A stretch of DNA of 64,000 nucleotides from an uncultured delta proteobacterium (GCA_963737905.1 CAVTUQ010000003.1:38485-102484); one strand, 5' to 3'. Shown: positions 11,088-21,282, counted from the first letter of the stretch. Made by a program: numbers and translations. Notes: a model not told the origin generated them from the letters alone.

Positions 11088-11216
11088 GGGAAAGCCGTCA
11101 ACCGGATAACGGCCCGAGTAAGACCACTCATCTCCGGTCGGGCAACGTTTTCGACGGAGGGGACTCACCTCTTCGGCTCGATCATACTGTCTCAGCGACA
11201 GCAAGATTTTGTTCAT
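11088..11216 (-). pseudogene. Eroded 5' fragment paralogous to the USP-like gene at 13207-13672
   Basis: MNKILLSLRQYDRAEEVSP/VENVARPEM/VVLLG/RYPVDGF across frameshifts versus MNKKILVPMKRNDRVEDFIPYVENVARRGMKVVFLIPYPVAGL. Confidence 0.65.
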
Positions 11217-11269
11217 TGCTGGTTAACCAATATCACCGTCACGCACTCCCAGGAGCCATGCTGATCAAC

Positions 11270-11806
11270 CTAGAAAATGCCCGTGGGTTTGCCGTCCAGA
11301 CTGACCTGATTCATCTCTTGCCACCACTCTTTGAGGCCGCTATCGCCTTTTTTCTCCGCCCAATGGAGCAGCGCCTCGCGGGGGCCGCGGAACTCGAAGA
11401 CGGGAACCCCCATGCCGCAGGACCTGAGGACGAGATCTACCGTCAGATCGAAGATCTGCCGGGCACCCGGGAGCGCGGGGAACAGCAGCGCCAACTTGTC
11501 CCAGCTTAAATCGCGTGGATGGATGACAGTGGCATTGCCGTACGCACGTAAGATCATCGGGTTGCCCTCAAACGCACACCACATCAGCGTCATCCGTGGC
11601 GTTTCTCTCAGGTGCGCGGCGCTCTCGTTCTCGCCGCCTGTTAGATTCAGCCACACGACGCGGTGCGGCCCAAGCACCCGCAACGTATCCATCCCCTTGA
11701 GGGATATATTCACTCTTCCGTCCCGTGCTGCTGTCCCGACAAAGAAGATTTTCTGTTGTTCGATGAAGTTGCGAAAACGGTCGGTGATCTCAGGAAATTG
11801 TGGCAT
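11270..11806 (-). CDS. Pyridoxamine 5'-phosphate oxidase-like FMN-binding protein
   Basis: FIEQQKIFFVGTA, VNISLKG, WLNLTGGENES, SCGMGVP; GGAGG RBS before ATG at 11806. Confidence 0.85.
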   Translation of the reverse strand: MPQFPEITDRFRNFIEQQKIFFVGTAARDGRVNISLKGMDTLRVLGPHRVVWLNLTGGENESAAHLRETPRMTLMWCAFEGNPMILRAYGNATVIHPRDLSWDKLALLFPALPGARQIFDLTVDLVLRSCGMGVPVFEFRGPREALLHWAEKKGDSGLKEWWQEMNQVSLDGKPTGIF

Positions 11807-11903
11807 GAGCGCGTCCCTCCTCCGTGTGCACTGCACAAGCTAAACCGCTACCGGATTGTTAACCAATCGCCCTATTCGACTTTTTGCCATTTCTCCTTCC
11901 AAC

Positions 11904-12892
11904 CTATACAAAAGCCTCCACAATCGAGACATCGGATTCCGTCGGCACAACGCGTTGCAACTGAAAGCCCGCTTGGCCGAGCAGAGCCGAATATTCATCC
12001 GCCGTCCTAAGCCGCCCGTGCATCATAACGAGAAAGGTCATGTCGTATAAATGCGCCGGGCATTGCTCATTCGGCGGACCAATCAATGGTTCGATGATCA
12101 GCAGGCGTGCGTCGCCATTCATCGCCCGCCGGCAATTTTTGAGTATTCGGAGTGCTTCTTCTTCGGTCCAGTCGAAAAGTATGCGTTTTAAAATGTAAGT
12201 ATCGCCATCAGGCGGAACGCCGTCAAAGAAGTCTCCCGCCACCAAATTGCATCGGGGCAACGGACCACCTCGCCCCGCCTTTGCCGCATCGATGGCCGAT
12301 GGCTGATCGAATAGCACGCCCGAGAGTTGATCGTTGCGTGCCAAAATTGCAGACAAGAATCCGCCATTGCCGCCACCCACATCCACAACCATTTTACTTT
12401 GCGAAAAGTTTAACGCTTCGAGTGCTGCTGCGGTTTCCGTGCGGCTGCGATTGCTCATGCCCGCGTGAAAGACAGCTTCCTTTTCGGGATTAGCTCGCAG
12501 AAAGGCGAAATAATCGTCGATCGCGGGTTTGCCATTGCGGACACAGTTCGCCATGTCCCTAAAAGCGTCGTAAACAATTTCATGACTGTAAATGGCGTAA
12601 TCGCGGACGGATTGAGGCGAGTCCTTGCGTAATGTTTCGCCGAATGGTGTCACAAAGAACCGGTCATTGTCATCTTGGCGCAACACACCAAGGCCGGCCA
12701 GCACCCGCATGACACGATATAAGGCTGCGGGATCGACTTTAAGTATTTGCGCTAGATCTTGTACGCTTGCTCCCTCATCACCGATATGGTCAGTGAGTTC
12801 CAGTTTAGCCGCTACGTAGATCACCCGGGTGGGGATATACCCATGAACAGACGGACCATGGATTGTGCCAATGTTTGATTTTCGAATGCCAT
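11904..12892 (-). CDS. SAM-dependent O-methyltransferase (COMT-like, with dimerisation domain); 1-nt indel near 12845
   Basis: VDVGGGNG, GDFF, LKRILFDW; RBS GAGGA + ATG at 12892 joins the ORF after a frameshift (LVHGYIPTRVIYVAAKL). Confidence 0.85.
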
Positions 12893-13122
12893 GTTTCCTC
12901 CGTGACCGGTTAAACCAGCAAGGAGTAGTAGATGAAAGAGTTACAAGCCGGGGTTAGCGGGCTGGTTTGGCCCCAATCATCCGCTGACTTTGGTTTCAAT
13001 ATTGCCTTCTTACACCTTAACAAAACTCCGGCGCCATCGACTCAATCCGAGACCTCGCTCCGGCTTGATACCCCCACAGTAGCGAGAAAGTTCGGATTGG
13101 TCATGCTCCGTTATCCGACCTA

Positions 13123-13212
13123 GGTCCTTTGCGACCTCCTTCACTTCGTGGTGAGATATCCGAATTCCCGTTTACAACCACTCGTCACTCGACCCTCGTC
13201 ACCCGGTCACGC
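13123..13212. repeat. Half 9-mer arm plus 7-mer array
   Basis: cctttgcgacctccttcacttcgtggtgagatatccga; ctcgtca-ctcgacc-ctcgtca-cccggtca. Confidence 0.5.
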
Positions 13213-13672
13213 CAGCGTCCGCGGGTTGATCAAAAGCACCGGAGAAAAGCTCGGGCGCTTGAACCATTTAAAAACCGAACTTGTGCCGTCGAACAGTCGT
13301 CCAATCCAGTCCCCGATTCGCGCGCGGGTAACGATCAGATGAACATCGCCCTTCGCTGCGTGACCCCGCACTACTGCCAGCGTAAAGATCCACCCCCACC
13401 TCAATTCCCTTGGCAGGCAGAACCTTCAGGGCCGCCGAGATCCAGTCTTTGGCTTTCTTCAAGTTGGCATCCCAGGTGTAATAGCGGGCCAACCTTTGTC
13501 CCTCCATAATCGCCTTGTGGCCAAGCTCTTTGGTGGACCAGCGAAGACCGGCCACTGGATACGGAATCAAGAAGACCACCTTCATACCGCGCCGAGCGAC
13601 GTTTTCGACGTAGGGTATGAAATCTTCCACTCGGTCGTTCCGTTTCATCGGAACCAATATTTTTTTATTCAT
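13207..13672 (-). CDS. Universal-stress-protein-like protein, frameshifted near 13370
   Basis: KKILVP start; C-terminus continues in another frame (KGDVHLIVTRA...SPVLLINP); GGAGG RBS. Confidence 0.6.
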
Positions 13673-13711
13673 GGATTCGTCCTCCTTTCATCACTGTCAC
13701 TTAAGGCGTAG

Positions 13712-13728
13712 AGCAACGAGTGCGCCAA
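13712..13728 (-). promoter_or_regulatory. Sigma-54 -24/-12 promoter
   Basis: TTGGCGCACTCGTTGCT (GG-N10-GC) 40 nt upstream of the ATG at 13672. Confidence 0.8.
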
Positions 13729-13825
13729 GACGGAGTGATCGCCGGATAACCCAATAAACATGCTGAATTGTAGAGGATCTATTCTTTTTCAGAGTTTCGC
13801 GCGAAGAACGAAGGAACCCAAAGAG

Positions 13826-13876
13826 GGTAACCTTTATATTACCTCGGGATCACCCGGAGGTAATAAAAAAGTTACG
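13826..13876. promoter_or_regulatory. Tandem palindromic upstream activator sites
   Basis: GGTAA-N8-TTACC and GGTAA-N8-TTACG, 33 bp apart, about 100-150 bp upstream of the sigma-54 promoter. Confidence 0.7.
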
Positions 13877-14288
13877 CCTTGCACACGTAGAATGCATGCA
13901 GGTGCAAAGAAGTGTTAGGCCGTTTTTCCTTTACCTGGTCAATCCCAGCACGGCAAAACCGCAACCAAAAGCCGGAATAAGTCGCCCAGAGGCGCCAAGT
14001 CAAGAATTCTCGAATTTAGACGTTTGCGTTCTTGCTTAGCCCGAAGCTGACCTCCATTGGTAGAGTTTTGCCTGGCGCATAATCCGAAAGGCCAGTGTCC
14101 GTCGTTGAGAGACAGGCCGTCTCCCGACCACGGGTCTTGAGGATATACTGAATCTCCACCAGAGCACTGTCCACGCTTGGAGGCAACATCAACCCAAAGC
14201 GCGAAGATGCTTCGTTCAATGCGGTCATCATAAAACCAGAGGTTCTCGGTCATGCAACATTTACAACTTCGAAAAGCAACCAATAATC

Positions 14289-14335
14289 TTGACTCCTGTG
14301 ACTATAGTCAACATAATCTGACCATGGAGGTCAGA
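14289..14335 (+). promoter_or_regulatory. Sigma-70 promoter with two operator palindromes of the TA operon
   Basis: TTGACT-17 nt-CATAAT; palindrome tgactatagtca in the spacer; tctgacc-atgga-ggtcaga overlapping the RBS. Confidence 0.8.
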
Positions 14336-14343
14336 ACATAACT

Positions 14344-14577
14344 ATGAAAGCGATATCCGCTGGAGAGTTCAAGATGCACTGCTTGCGTATAATGGAGGAG
14401 GTTCACCGGCGTCGACAGGCTATCATTATAACTAAAAGGGGGGTTCCGATCGCGAAACTCGTTCCCACAGACGAGCCGAAGCATGATGTGTTCGGCTGCA
14501 TGGCCGGCAGCGCGGATATCATAGGTGATATCGAAGCGCCGGTAGTCCCGGCCCGAGATTGGAAGGCAAGCCGGTGA
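14344..14577 (+). CDS. Phd/YefM-family antitoxin
   Basis: ISAGEFKMHCLRIMEEV...IIITKRGVPIAKLVP. Confidence 0.9.
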   Translation: MKAISAGEFKMHCLRIMEEVHRRRQAIIITKRGVPIAKLVPTDEPKHDVFGCMAGSADIIGDIEAPVVPARDWKASR

Positions 14578-14969
14578 TTTTACTCGATACTCACGCTTTT
14601 CTATGGTTGTGCCTAGAACCAAAGCGCTTATCCCGGCTAGCGACAGCGGCTATCAGGCAAGCGACTAATACGGGCGGCCTTGTCATCGCGTCGATCAGCT
14701 TGTGGGAAATCGCGATGCTGGTCAGCCTGGGCCGGCTTTTGCCGCATGGAACGCCTGAAAATTGGCTGTCGGAGCTTATCGAGACAAGCGGTGTAACCGT
14801 GAAGGAGATCACGCCCGCCATCGCCGTCCTATCCACCCAGTTCCCAAGGGACTTTCCAGGCGATCCCGCAGACCGCATGATCGCCGCGACCGCTCGGGCG
14901 GACGGTACCAGCCTAGTTACCCGCGATCAGGGAATAAGGGCTAGCAAACTCGTAAAAACGGTCCGGTAA
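14574..14969 (+). CDS. vapC: PIN-domain VapC toxin
   Basis: ILLDTHAFLW, SISLWEIAML, GDPADRMIAATA, LVTRD; GTGA overlap with the antitoxin stop. Confidence 0.92.
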   Translation: MILLDTHAFLWLCLEPKRLSRLATAAIRQATNTGGLVIASISLWEIAMLVSLGRLLPHGTPENWLSELIETSGVTVKEITPAIAVLSTQFPRDFPGDPADRMIAATARADGTSLVTRDQGIRASKLVKTVR

Positions 14970-15226
14970 GAGAGAATCGCTATAGCGATGAATGATCCAC
15001 CTGTGGATCTCATTTCTCGCGCGGGGATGGAGATTTCAGGATTCGATTCGGCCCGAGCTATTCCTTTAGTATCGAGACTACAGTTATCCGTCGAGCGAGT
15101 CGCCGAAATGGAAGAGTTTTGGGAGTTTATGAAAAAAACTCGCCGGGCGCTCAGACCCCGGAGCATGGAGAACTCCAGAGATGGCCGTGGCCATAAACTC
15201 GAAGGACTTACGTGTCCAGTTTGCCC

Positions 15227-15637
15227 TTAACTGCTCCGCTGTTTAGCAAACTGCTTTATGGACCCTAGATCCATGACCCAGTCCCGCGCAGAGCGGCACC
15301 ACCCTTGTGATTTGGGTCTCAGCTCGGCTCGCTGGCGTGCCGTGCCGACGCGGATATTGAACACTTGCGGATCGTCGACAGCCGCCGAGAAGATCGACGT
15401 ACCACACTCTGAACAGAACGCTTGCGCGCGTTTAGCGCCGCTTTCGGCAGTCTTCACATAGATTTTCGGTTGTCCGCCCGCCAAGTGAAACGTTTCCTTA
15501 TTTGCACGAACACTGGTGCGGAAGGCGGAACCCGATAAGGTTTGGCAATCCGTGCAATGGCACAGCCCAACGTTTTCGGGATCGATTTCCGCAGTGTAGG
15601 TGATATTGCCGCAATGGCATGCGCCGTCGATTTTCAT
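15227..15637 (-). CDS. GFA/CENP-V family zinc-binding protein
   Basis: GACHCG, CHCTDCQ, FCSECGT; GGAGGAG RBS. Confidence 0.92.
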   Translation of the reverse strand: MKIDGACHCGNITYTAEIDPENVGLCHCTDCQTLSGSAFRTSVRANKETFHLAGGQPKIYVKTAESGAKRAQAFCSECGTSIFSAAVDDPQVFNIRVGTARQRAELRPKSQGWCRSARDWVMDLGSIKQFAKQRSS

Positions 15638-15992
15638 AACAGTCTCCTCCATTCGTTTAATTACGGACACAGTCAACAAAGCTGGTGATCATTGCCACTG
15701 TCCCATCACCTGCTTAGTTTCTTGTTTCAATCGTTGCACGATCCTTGCCGCCGGCTGAATGTCTTTTGTGAGCCCCACGCTTTGACCGGCATAATCCACC
15801 CCGCGGCAAGAAGTTTCTGCTTATAAGTCTAAGGGTCTGCTGATCAGGCCACTCTGGCCTCGCGAAGCAAGCATCTGTTGATATCCAAAAAAAAGCCAGC
15901 GCACCCTGGCGATACATCGCCGGAGCGGCTGGCTTAAACTCTCCGTTTCATTTTCTCCTCCGAGGAACGTCTTAGGTTCCTCCGCTTTGGCC

Positions 15993-16307
15993 TCACATCA
16001 CATTCGAAGTTTTCTCAAAGACCCGGGCTTGCTTAATCCTTTCACCATTTGGCTTCCGTCTCGACCCAGCGATCGCTCCCGCCTGCTGAGCCGACAATCT
16101 GCCCACGCCAGCTGAGGAAACGGGCAGTTGTGAAACCGATTTTTGATCAGTATCGCCGGTTACCAGTTTTTCTGATGTGACACCGGCCGGTAGGAAATCC
16201 GAATAGTGCCACTGGCCTTTTTCATCCTTCCACTTATAAAACTGTTGAGCCAACGCAAGCTGGGTGAAGAAGACTGCCAGAACAACAAAAAGGAGCTGTC
16301 GTGGCAC
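15993..16307 (-). CDS. Secreted DUF4124-domain protein (C-terminus uncertain)
   Basis: Signal peptide followed by YKWKDEKGQWHYSD. Confidence 0.7.
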   Translation of the reverse strand: MPRQLLFVVLAVFFTQLALAQQFYKWKDEKGQWHYSDFLPAGVTSEKLVTGDTDQKSVSQLPVSSAGVGRLSAQQAGAIAGSRRKPNGERIKQARVFEKTSNVM

Positions 16308-16331
16308 AGGAGCTATCCCCCCAAGCTTCTT

Positions 16332-16754
16332 TTACCGTCTTCCAATCGCTCGTGGCAGGGGACTGGCCGCGGGCGGGAGCGGACCGGTCGCTCTTGGCAG
16401 CGGAGCGACCACTGCCTGAGACCGTGAACTGACGAACGGTCCTGGCCGTGGCCCAATGCCCGGTCGTGGCGCTGGGACGATCACACCTCCTGCATAGCAG
16501 CAGGGTTGGTAAAGTTGATACGACTGGTATGCAGGAAAATATAACTGGTAGTGCATCACATGGAGCTCGTAGTACGGATCATACTGTTGCAAATACGCCA
16601 GATATTGCTGCCACTGCAAATACTGCTGATATTGCTGATACTGAGCATCCCAATATGGATCGTAGTAGGAGGGGCCATACGCCTGTGCCTGAAGGTCCCG
16701 GGTGCTCAAAACAAGAAAGCCCAGCAGTGTAACCGCTAAGAATAGCTTTTTCAT
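16332..16754 (-). CDS. Secreted Gln/Tyr-rich then Pro-rich low-complexity protein
   Basis: MKKLFLAVTLLGFLVL signal peptide, QYQQYQQYLQWQQY tract, PLPRA repeats; GGAGG RBS. Confidence 0.7.
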   Translation of the reverse strand: MKKLFLAVTLLGFLVLSTRDLQAQAYGPSYYDPYWDAQYQQYQQYLQWQQYLAYLQQYDPYYELHVMHYQLYFPAYQSYQLYQPCCYAGGVIVPAPRPGIGPRPGPFVSSRSQAVVAPLPRATGPLPPAASPLPRAIGRR

Positions 16755-16804
16755 CGGATTACCCTCCCCACACAATTAGACGTACCAAGCTAGAAATTAG
16801 CACA

Positions 16805-16819
16805 GCAAACCACATGCCG
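16805..16819 (-). promoter_or_regulatory. Sigma-54 -24/-12 promoter
   Basis: CGGCATGTGGTTTGC (GG-N10-GC) 50 nt upstream of the ATG at 16754. Confidence 0.65.
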
Positions 16820-17072
16820 CCAGAGCTAAGGAAGATCGAAATCGGCATAAGTCTCTCTAATTGAAGGGACTTGTTTGCTTAGGGGGTGAACTGGAGCTGG
16901 AGTCGGAGATTTACGAGACGCCGGAACAACGCCAGCATCTCGCAGGACGAAATCGACAACACTCTCAGGGCGGTTCTGGGCCTCTAAGCGTTACTCAAAA
17001 TTTCGCACAATCCACCCGGCATTCACGAAGAGGGGCTTGCAGATCCTCGTCGAGACAACTAGTTTTAACATT

Positions 17073-20000
17073 GTGAACGATCTGCACAGAATCCTTTTGC
17101 CTTCCCCTAAGCAAGAACAAATAGAGAGGTTACTTCAAAAGAGCCCTTCACCTTCGCTCGCGCGAAATCATCTTCTGCGCCTCTTAGAACATGGCGGCGC
17201 TACATCGATCAGGAAAATCCCCGCGGCGGATTGGCCGGCCCTGGCTCGTCTACTCGGGGCGAGCGCCCATCTCAGCGACGTCCTGATCCGGCAAGGGACA
17301 GATTGGCCCAAATTCTTTCTCCGGCAGGTCAAGATAAAAGAGAGAACCGTAGCTGAGCATCTAGCGGTGCTAAGACCTATGGTCAAGGAAGCCAGGTCGC
17401 TCGACGACTTCTCAGCGGCATTGCGTCGCCATAAGCAGCGGGAATATCTCCGCATCGGGGCGCGAGACCTGCTCCCTTCGGTGAGCATGGAAGAGACGGT
17501 GAGAGAGCTCACCGCTTTGGCGGAAGCATCGTTGGATGCGGCCTATCGCTTTTGCAGAGGCGAGGTGGAAAAAGATTACGGTTCTCTTTTGCTGCCGGAC
17601 AGGAAGTCGCAGAGCCGTTTCGTCATCCTGGGGATGGGCAAACTAGGTGGCGGAGAATTAAATTTCAGTTCCGATATCGACGTGACCTTCTTGTATGAAA
17701 ACGATGAAGGTGAAACCGCGGGCGGCCGGAAAGGGAAAACAACCCCGAGAGAATTTTTCACCAACATCGGGAAAAAAATCATTCATGCCATGGGACAGGT
17801 CACCGAGGATGGCTTTGTTTTTCGTATCGACCTTCGGCTTCGCCCCATGGGAGCCAGCGGCCCGCTGGTGCAGTCCATCGGCTCTGCAATGACTTACTAT
17901 GAATCCTGGGGCCAATGCTGGGAACGCGCCGCTTTGATCAAAGCTCGGCCGGTAGCGGGGGACCGCGAGCTTGGAGTGAATTTTCTGAAAGAGATCGAAC
18001 CCTTCATCTACCGGCGCTATTTGGATTACACGACCGTAGACGAGCTGCGGCACATGAAGATGCGCATAGAAAATGAGCTCTTGACCTCGGAAGGCAAGGA
18101 AAGAAACATCAAGCTTGGCTACGGCGGTATTCGCGAAATAGAATTTTTTACGCAGGCCATGCAATTGGTCAACGGGGGCTATGAACCGCGCATACGCGAG
18201 CCCAACACGTTGCGGGCACTGGCGCAGCTTGCGCAGCATAAGTTTATTCCAGCGCGAGACAAGAATCAGCTCAGCGACGCATATCGCTTTCTCCGGCAGG
18301 TGGAACACAAAGTTCAAATCGTGCAGGAAGCGCATGTGCACTCGATTCCCGATGGCGAAGATCAGGAACGGGCTCTGGCTCGCCGCCTCGGTTACGCTCG
18401 CACCAAGAAACAAAATGAGCGGGAGCTTTTTTGGCAAGACCATCGCGCGCATACGACTACCGTACGAAACATTTTCGACCGGCTCTTTTACAGCGCGCAA
18501 AAAGATATCACCAAGGAAGGCGAGTCCGAAGTCGGGTCGATTTGGAACGATCTTGACCGGCAAGAAATCATCGTCCGGGAGCTTGAGAAAGCCGGCTTCG
18601 CCGACCCTCGCAAGGCCTACGGGAACCTTCTCGCCGTGCGCGATGGGGAAGTGTACGCTCCGCCGAGCCCCAAGAGACTCAAAGTGATGCGCAGCCTCGG
18701 TCCGGCTTTGGTCACCGAGATCGCCAAATCGTCTGCTCCGGATCAAGCGCTGCTGAATCTGTCTAAATTCAGCCATCGGATCGGTGGGCGGACCGGATTT
18801 CTAACCCTTTTAGCCGAGAACCCGGCAACCATGCGATTGCTCATTACTTTGTTCGCCGAGAGTCAGTTTCTCACCGATCTCTTCTTGAACCGTCCGGAGC
18901 TGATTGACACTTTGATCCGCGGCGATCTGACACGCATCCAAAAGAGTAGAGACGACATGCTGGCGGAGCTGCGGGCGACATTGGAGGAAAACGCCGATCT
19001 GGAAGCTAAGCTCAATGCCCTGCGGCGCTATAAGACCGAGGAATTCATCCGTATCGGGCTGCACGATCTCGGTGGCGCAATTGAACTGGAGGCTGTCCTC
19101 AAACAGCTCTCGAACCTTGCCGAGGCTTGTCTTGAGTGCGCTCTCCAGCTGACCATTGACGAACTACAACGGAAATTCGGTCCCATCCATCAATCGAGTT
19201 TCGCCGTCCTTGGAATGGGAAAAATGGGAGGGAGAGAGCTCGATTATAATTCCGACCTTGATCTCGTTTTTATCTACGCCGCCCACGAGGACGCCCAAAG
19301 CCGCGGTGGTACCCAAGGGAAGCTTGGGGCTCATGAGTTCTACGTGCGGGTCGGCCAAAAGCTCATTACCTACCTCTCCGCGCCGACGGAAGAAGGTGTG
19401 GCGTATAAGATCGACATGCAGCTCCGCCCCTCGGGCAAATCCGGCCCCTTGGTCTGTTCACTCGAAGCCTTCCGCGATTATCACAAAACCAGTTCGCTGC
19501 TGTGGGAACGACAAGCGCTGATCAAAGCTCGTTTTGTCGCGGGAGATCCGGCGCTCGGGAAGCAGATTGAAAAGGTCGCAGAAAGCTTTGCTTACGGACA
19601 AGGACTAACATCCGAAGGCATCGGTGAGATTCACCATCTGCGTATGCGCATGGAACGCGAACTGTCCGGCGAAGACGAAACCCGTTTCAATCTAAAAAAA
19701 GGCCGAGGCGGATTGGTCGACATCGAGTTCCTAACTCAAATGCTCCAGCTCTCGCATGGCTTTCGCCATCCCGAGTTGAGACGCAGAGAAACGCTGCACG
19801 CGCTGAGAGCATTAAATGAGAAAGCCATTCTGAAGAAAGCCGATTACCAACTGCTTGCTGATGGCTATCTCTTTTTGCGAACTTTAGACCATCGCCTGCG
19901 CTTGGAACGCGATCAGTCGATCGATGCTTTCGAGCGCGAGCCCGGCCGCCTCGAACGTATTGCCCATGCGTTGGGATACAACGACGTGAGACGGGACACC

Positions 20001-20105
20001 CGCAAAAAGGTCCCAAAGGCCGGCCAGAAACTGCTACGCGATTACGAGTCACGGAGAGAGAAAATTCGCCGATGCTACGAGCGTTACTTCTTGCTAAAGC
20101 GGTAA
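17073..20105 (+). CDS. glnE: Bifunctional glutamine synthetase adenylyltransferase/adenylyl-removing enzyme
   Basis: Two nucleotidyltransferase halves: GMGKLGGGELNFSSDID...DLRLRP...WERAALIKAR and GMGKMGGRELDYNSDLD...WERQALIKAR; start codon approximate. Confidence 0.96.
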   Translation: MNDLHRILLPSPKQEQIERLLQKSPSPSLARNHLLRLLEHGGATSIRKIPAADWPALARLLGASAHLSDVLIRQGTDWPKFFLRQVKIKERTVAEHLAVLRPMVKEARSLDDFSAALRRHKQREYLRIGARDLLPSVSMEETVRELTALAEASLDAAYRFCRGEVEKDYGSLLLPDRKSQSRFVILGMGKLGGGELNFSSDIDVTFLYENDEGETAGGRKGKTTPREFFTNIGKKIIHAMGQVTEDGFVFRIDLRLRPMGASGPLVQSIGSAMTYYESWGQCWERAALIKARPVAGDRELGVNFLKEIEPFIYRRYLDYTTVDELRHMKMRIENELLTSEGKERNIKLGYGGIREIEFFTQAMQLVNGGYEPRIREPNTLRALAQLAQHKFIPARDKNQLSDAYRFLRQVEHKVQIVQEAHVHSIPDGEDQERALARRLGYARTKKQNERELFWQDHRAHTTTVRNIFDRLFYSAQKDITKEGESEVGSIWNDLDRQEIIVRELEKAGFADPRKAYGNLLAVRDGEVYAPPSPKRLKVMRSLGPALVTEIAKSSAPDQALLNLSKFSHRIGGRTGFLTLLAENPATMRLLITLFAESQFLTDLFLNRPELIDTLIRGDLTRIQKSRDDMLAELRATLEENADLEAKLNALRRYKTEEFIRIGLHDLGGAIELEAVLKQLSNLAEACLECALQLTIDELQRKFGPIHQSSFAVLGMGKMGGRELDYNSDLDLVFIYAAHEDAQSRGGTQGKLGAHEFYVRVGQKLITYLSAPTEEGVAYKIDMQLRPSGKSGPLVCSLEAFRDYHKTSSLLWERQALIKARFVAGDPALGKQIEKVAESFAYGQGLTSEGIGEIHHLRMRMERELSGEDETRFNLKKGRGGLVDIEFLTQMLQLSHGFRHPELRRRETLHALRALNEKAILKKADYQLLADGYLFLRTLDHRLRLERDQSIDAFEREPGRLERIAHALGYNDVRRDTRKKVPKAGQKLLRDYESRREKIRRCYERYFLLKR

Positions 20106-20124
20106 TCTTGGATTTAAAGAATCT

Positions 20125-20326
20125 AACCGCAAAGGTCGCAAAGATGTGTGGGCGGGTTTCGAAACCCGCCGGACTCCTTTGAAAACACGAGGCGTGGAGG
20201 GCCTCGGTAGGTCTTAGTACAACTCCACGATTGTGTCATTCCAGCATGGAGTGCTGGAATCAGCTGACATGGACGTCCCCGACGCATCCTGCGAATCTGG
20301 ATGCCGGCAATCCATGCCGGCATGAC
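20125..20326. repeat. REP-like cluster between convergent glnE and lpxA
   Basis: Perfect 20-bp palindrome ggcgggtttcgaaacccgcc (20151-20170); inverted doublet gtcattccagcatggagtgctggaatc...gatgccggcaatccatgccggcatgac (20235-20326). Confidence 0.7.
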
Positions 20327-20455
20327 GAAGATCTCCATTTTGATGTTCTGTAGGCGAGCGTAAGACCATGAATCACTTCGTGGGGAATAGAACAAAAGGC
20401 AGTGTCGTTAATGGCTGCGACCGTCGGGCTTAGAATCCTCCGAAACCCTCGACCC

Positions 20456-21235
20456 TTACTCGCTCCCACCGCCACAGACTCCCCGTTTCGACGACTTGAT
20501 AAACTCCAAGAGGGCCAACACATCTCCGTTGGACCTTCCCTGGTTTTCTATTTCCTTTATCGCCAGGGAGAGATTGCGTTTTTTTCGGAAGAGGACACCA
20601 AAGGCTCCTCGAATCTCGCGAATCCGCTGATCATCGAAGCCGGCCCGCTTTAGACCCACAACATTAACGCCACGAACCGTGTGCTGCCAATCAATGATGG
20701 CGTAGGGCGGTACATCGCGGCTCGTTCCGCTTAACCCGCGCATCAGCGCGTAATCGCCGATCCGCACGAATTGGTGGACAACGCAATTGCCGGATATAAA
20801 CACGCCGTTTCCCACTTCAACGTAGCCGCCCAGGAGAGCATTATTGGCGAGAATAATTTGATCACCCAACTTGCAGTTGTGACCGATATGCGAACAAGCC
20901 ATGAAGAAATTCTCATTGCCGATCGTCGTCGATGAACCCGCGACGGTGCCGCGGTGAACCTGAACGTATTCGCGAAAAATATTGTGCGCGCCGATTCGGA
21001 GGTAGGTTTCTTCCCCCTTGTAGGCTTTGTCTTGGGGTGCTTCACCCAAAACAACTCCCGGATGGATTTCGTTGTTTTCGCCGATCTCGGTCCAGCCCGC
21101 CAAGTACGCGTGCGCCATGATTCGCGTGCCACGCTTGATCTTGACCGGTCCTTCGATGACGACGTAGGGGCCGATATCGATCTCGGAGTCGATTTCCGCC
21201 TTGGGATCGATAACGGCTGTCGGATGAATGCTCAT
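20456..21235 (-). CDS. lpxA: Acyl-ACP--UDP-N-acetylglucosamine O-acyltransferase
   Basis: IHPTAVID hexapeptide repeats, PQDKAYKGE, HRGT, HIGHNC, VHQFVRIG, NVVGLKRAGF. Confidence 0.92.
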   Translation of the reverse strand: MSIHPTAVIDPKAEIDSEIDIGPYVVIEGPVKIKRGTRIMAHAYLAGWTEIGENNEIHPGVVLGEAPQDKAYKGEETYLRIGAHNIFREYVQVHRGTVAGSSTTIGNENFFMACSHIGHNCKLGDQIILANNALLGGYVEVGNGVFISGNCVVHQFVRIGDYALMRGLSGTSRDVPPYAIIDWQHTVRGVNVVGLKRAGFDDQRIREIRGAFGVLFRKKRNLSLAIKEIENQGRSNGDVLALLEFIKSSKRGVCGGGSE

Positions 21236-21282
21236 GAAATTCTTTGCTAAGGTCGGGAACTCACGGACCGCTTAAAGGCAAC

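Noticed and set aside
13939-15230. ORFs 13939-14283, 14016-14231 and 14988-15230 flanking the TA pair
   Set aside because: No recognisable motif or convincing RBS; may be remnants but cannot be supported
15744-15760. GG-N10-GC motif upstream of the GFA gene
   Set aside because: Poor match at the -12 element (CGTGC rather than TTGC); likely chance
17658-18776. Long antisense ORFs (also 53991-54881, 26843-27409, 4175-4729)
   Set aside because: Shadow frames of well-supported genes on the opposite strand
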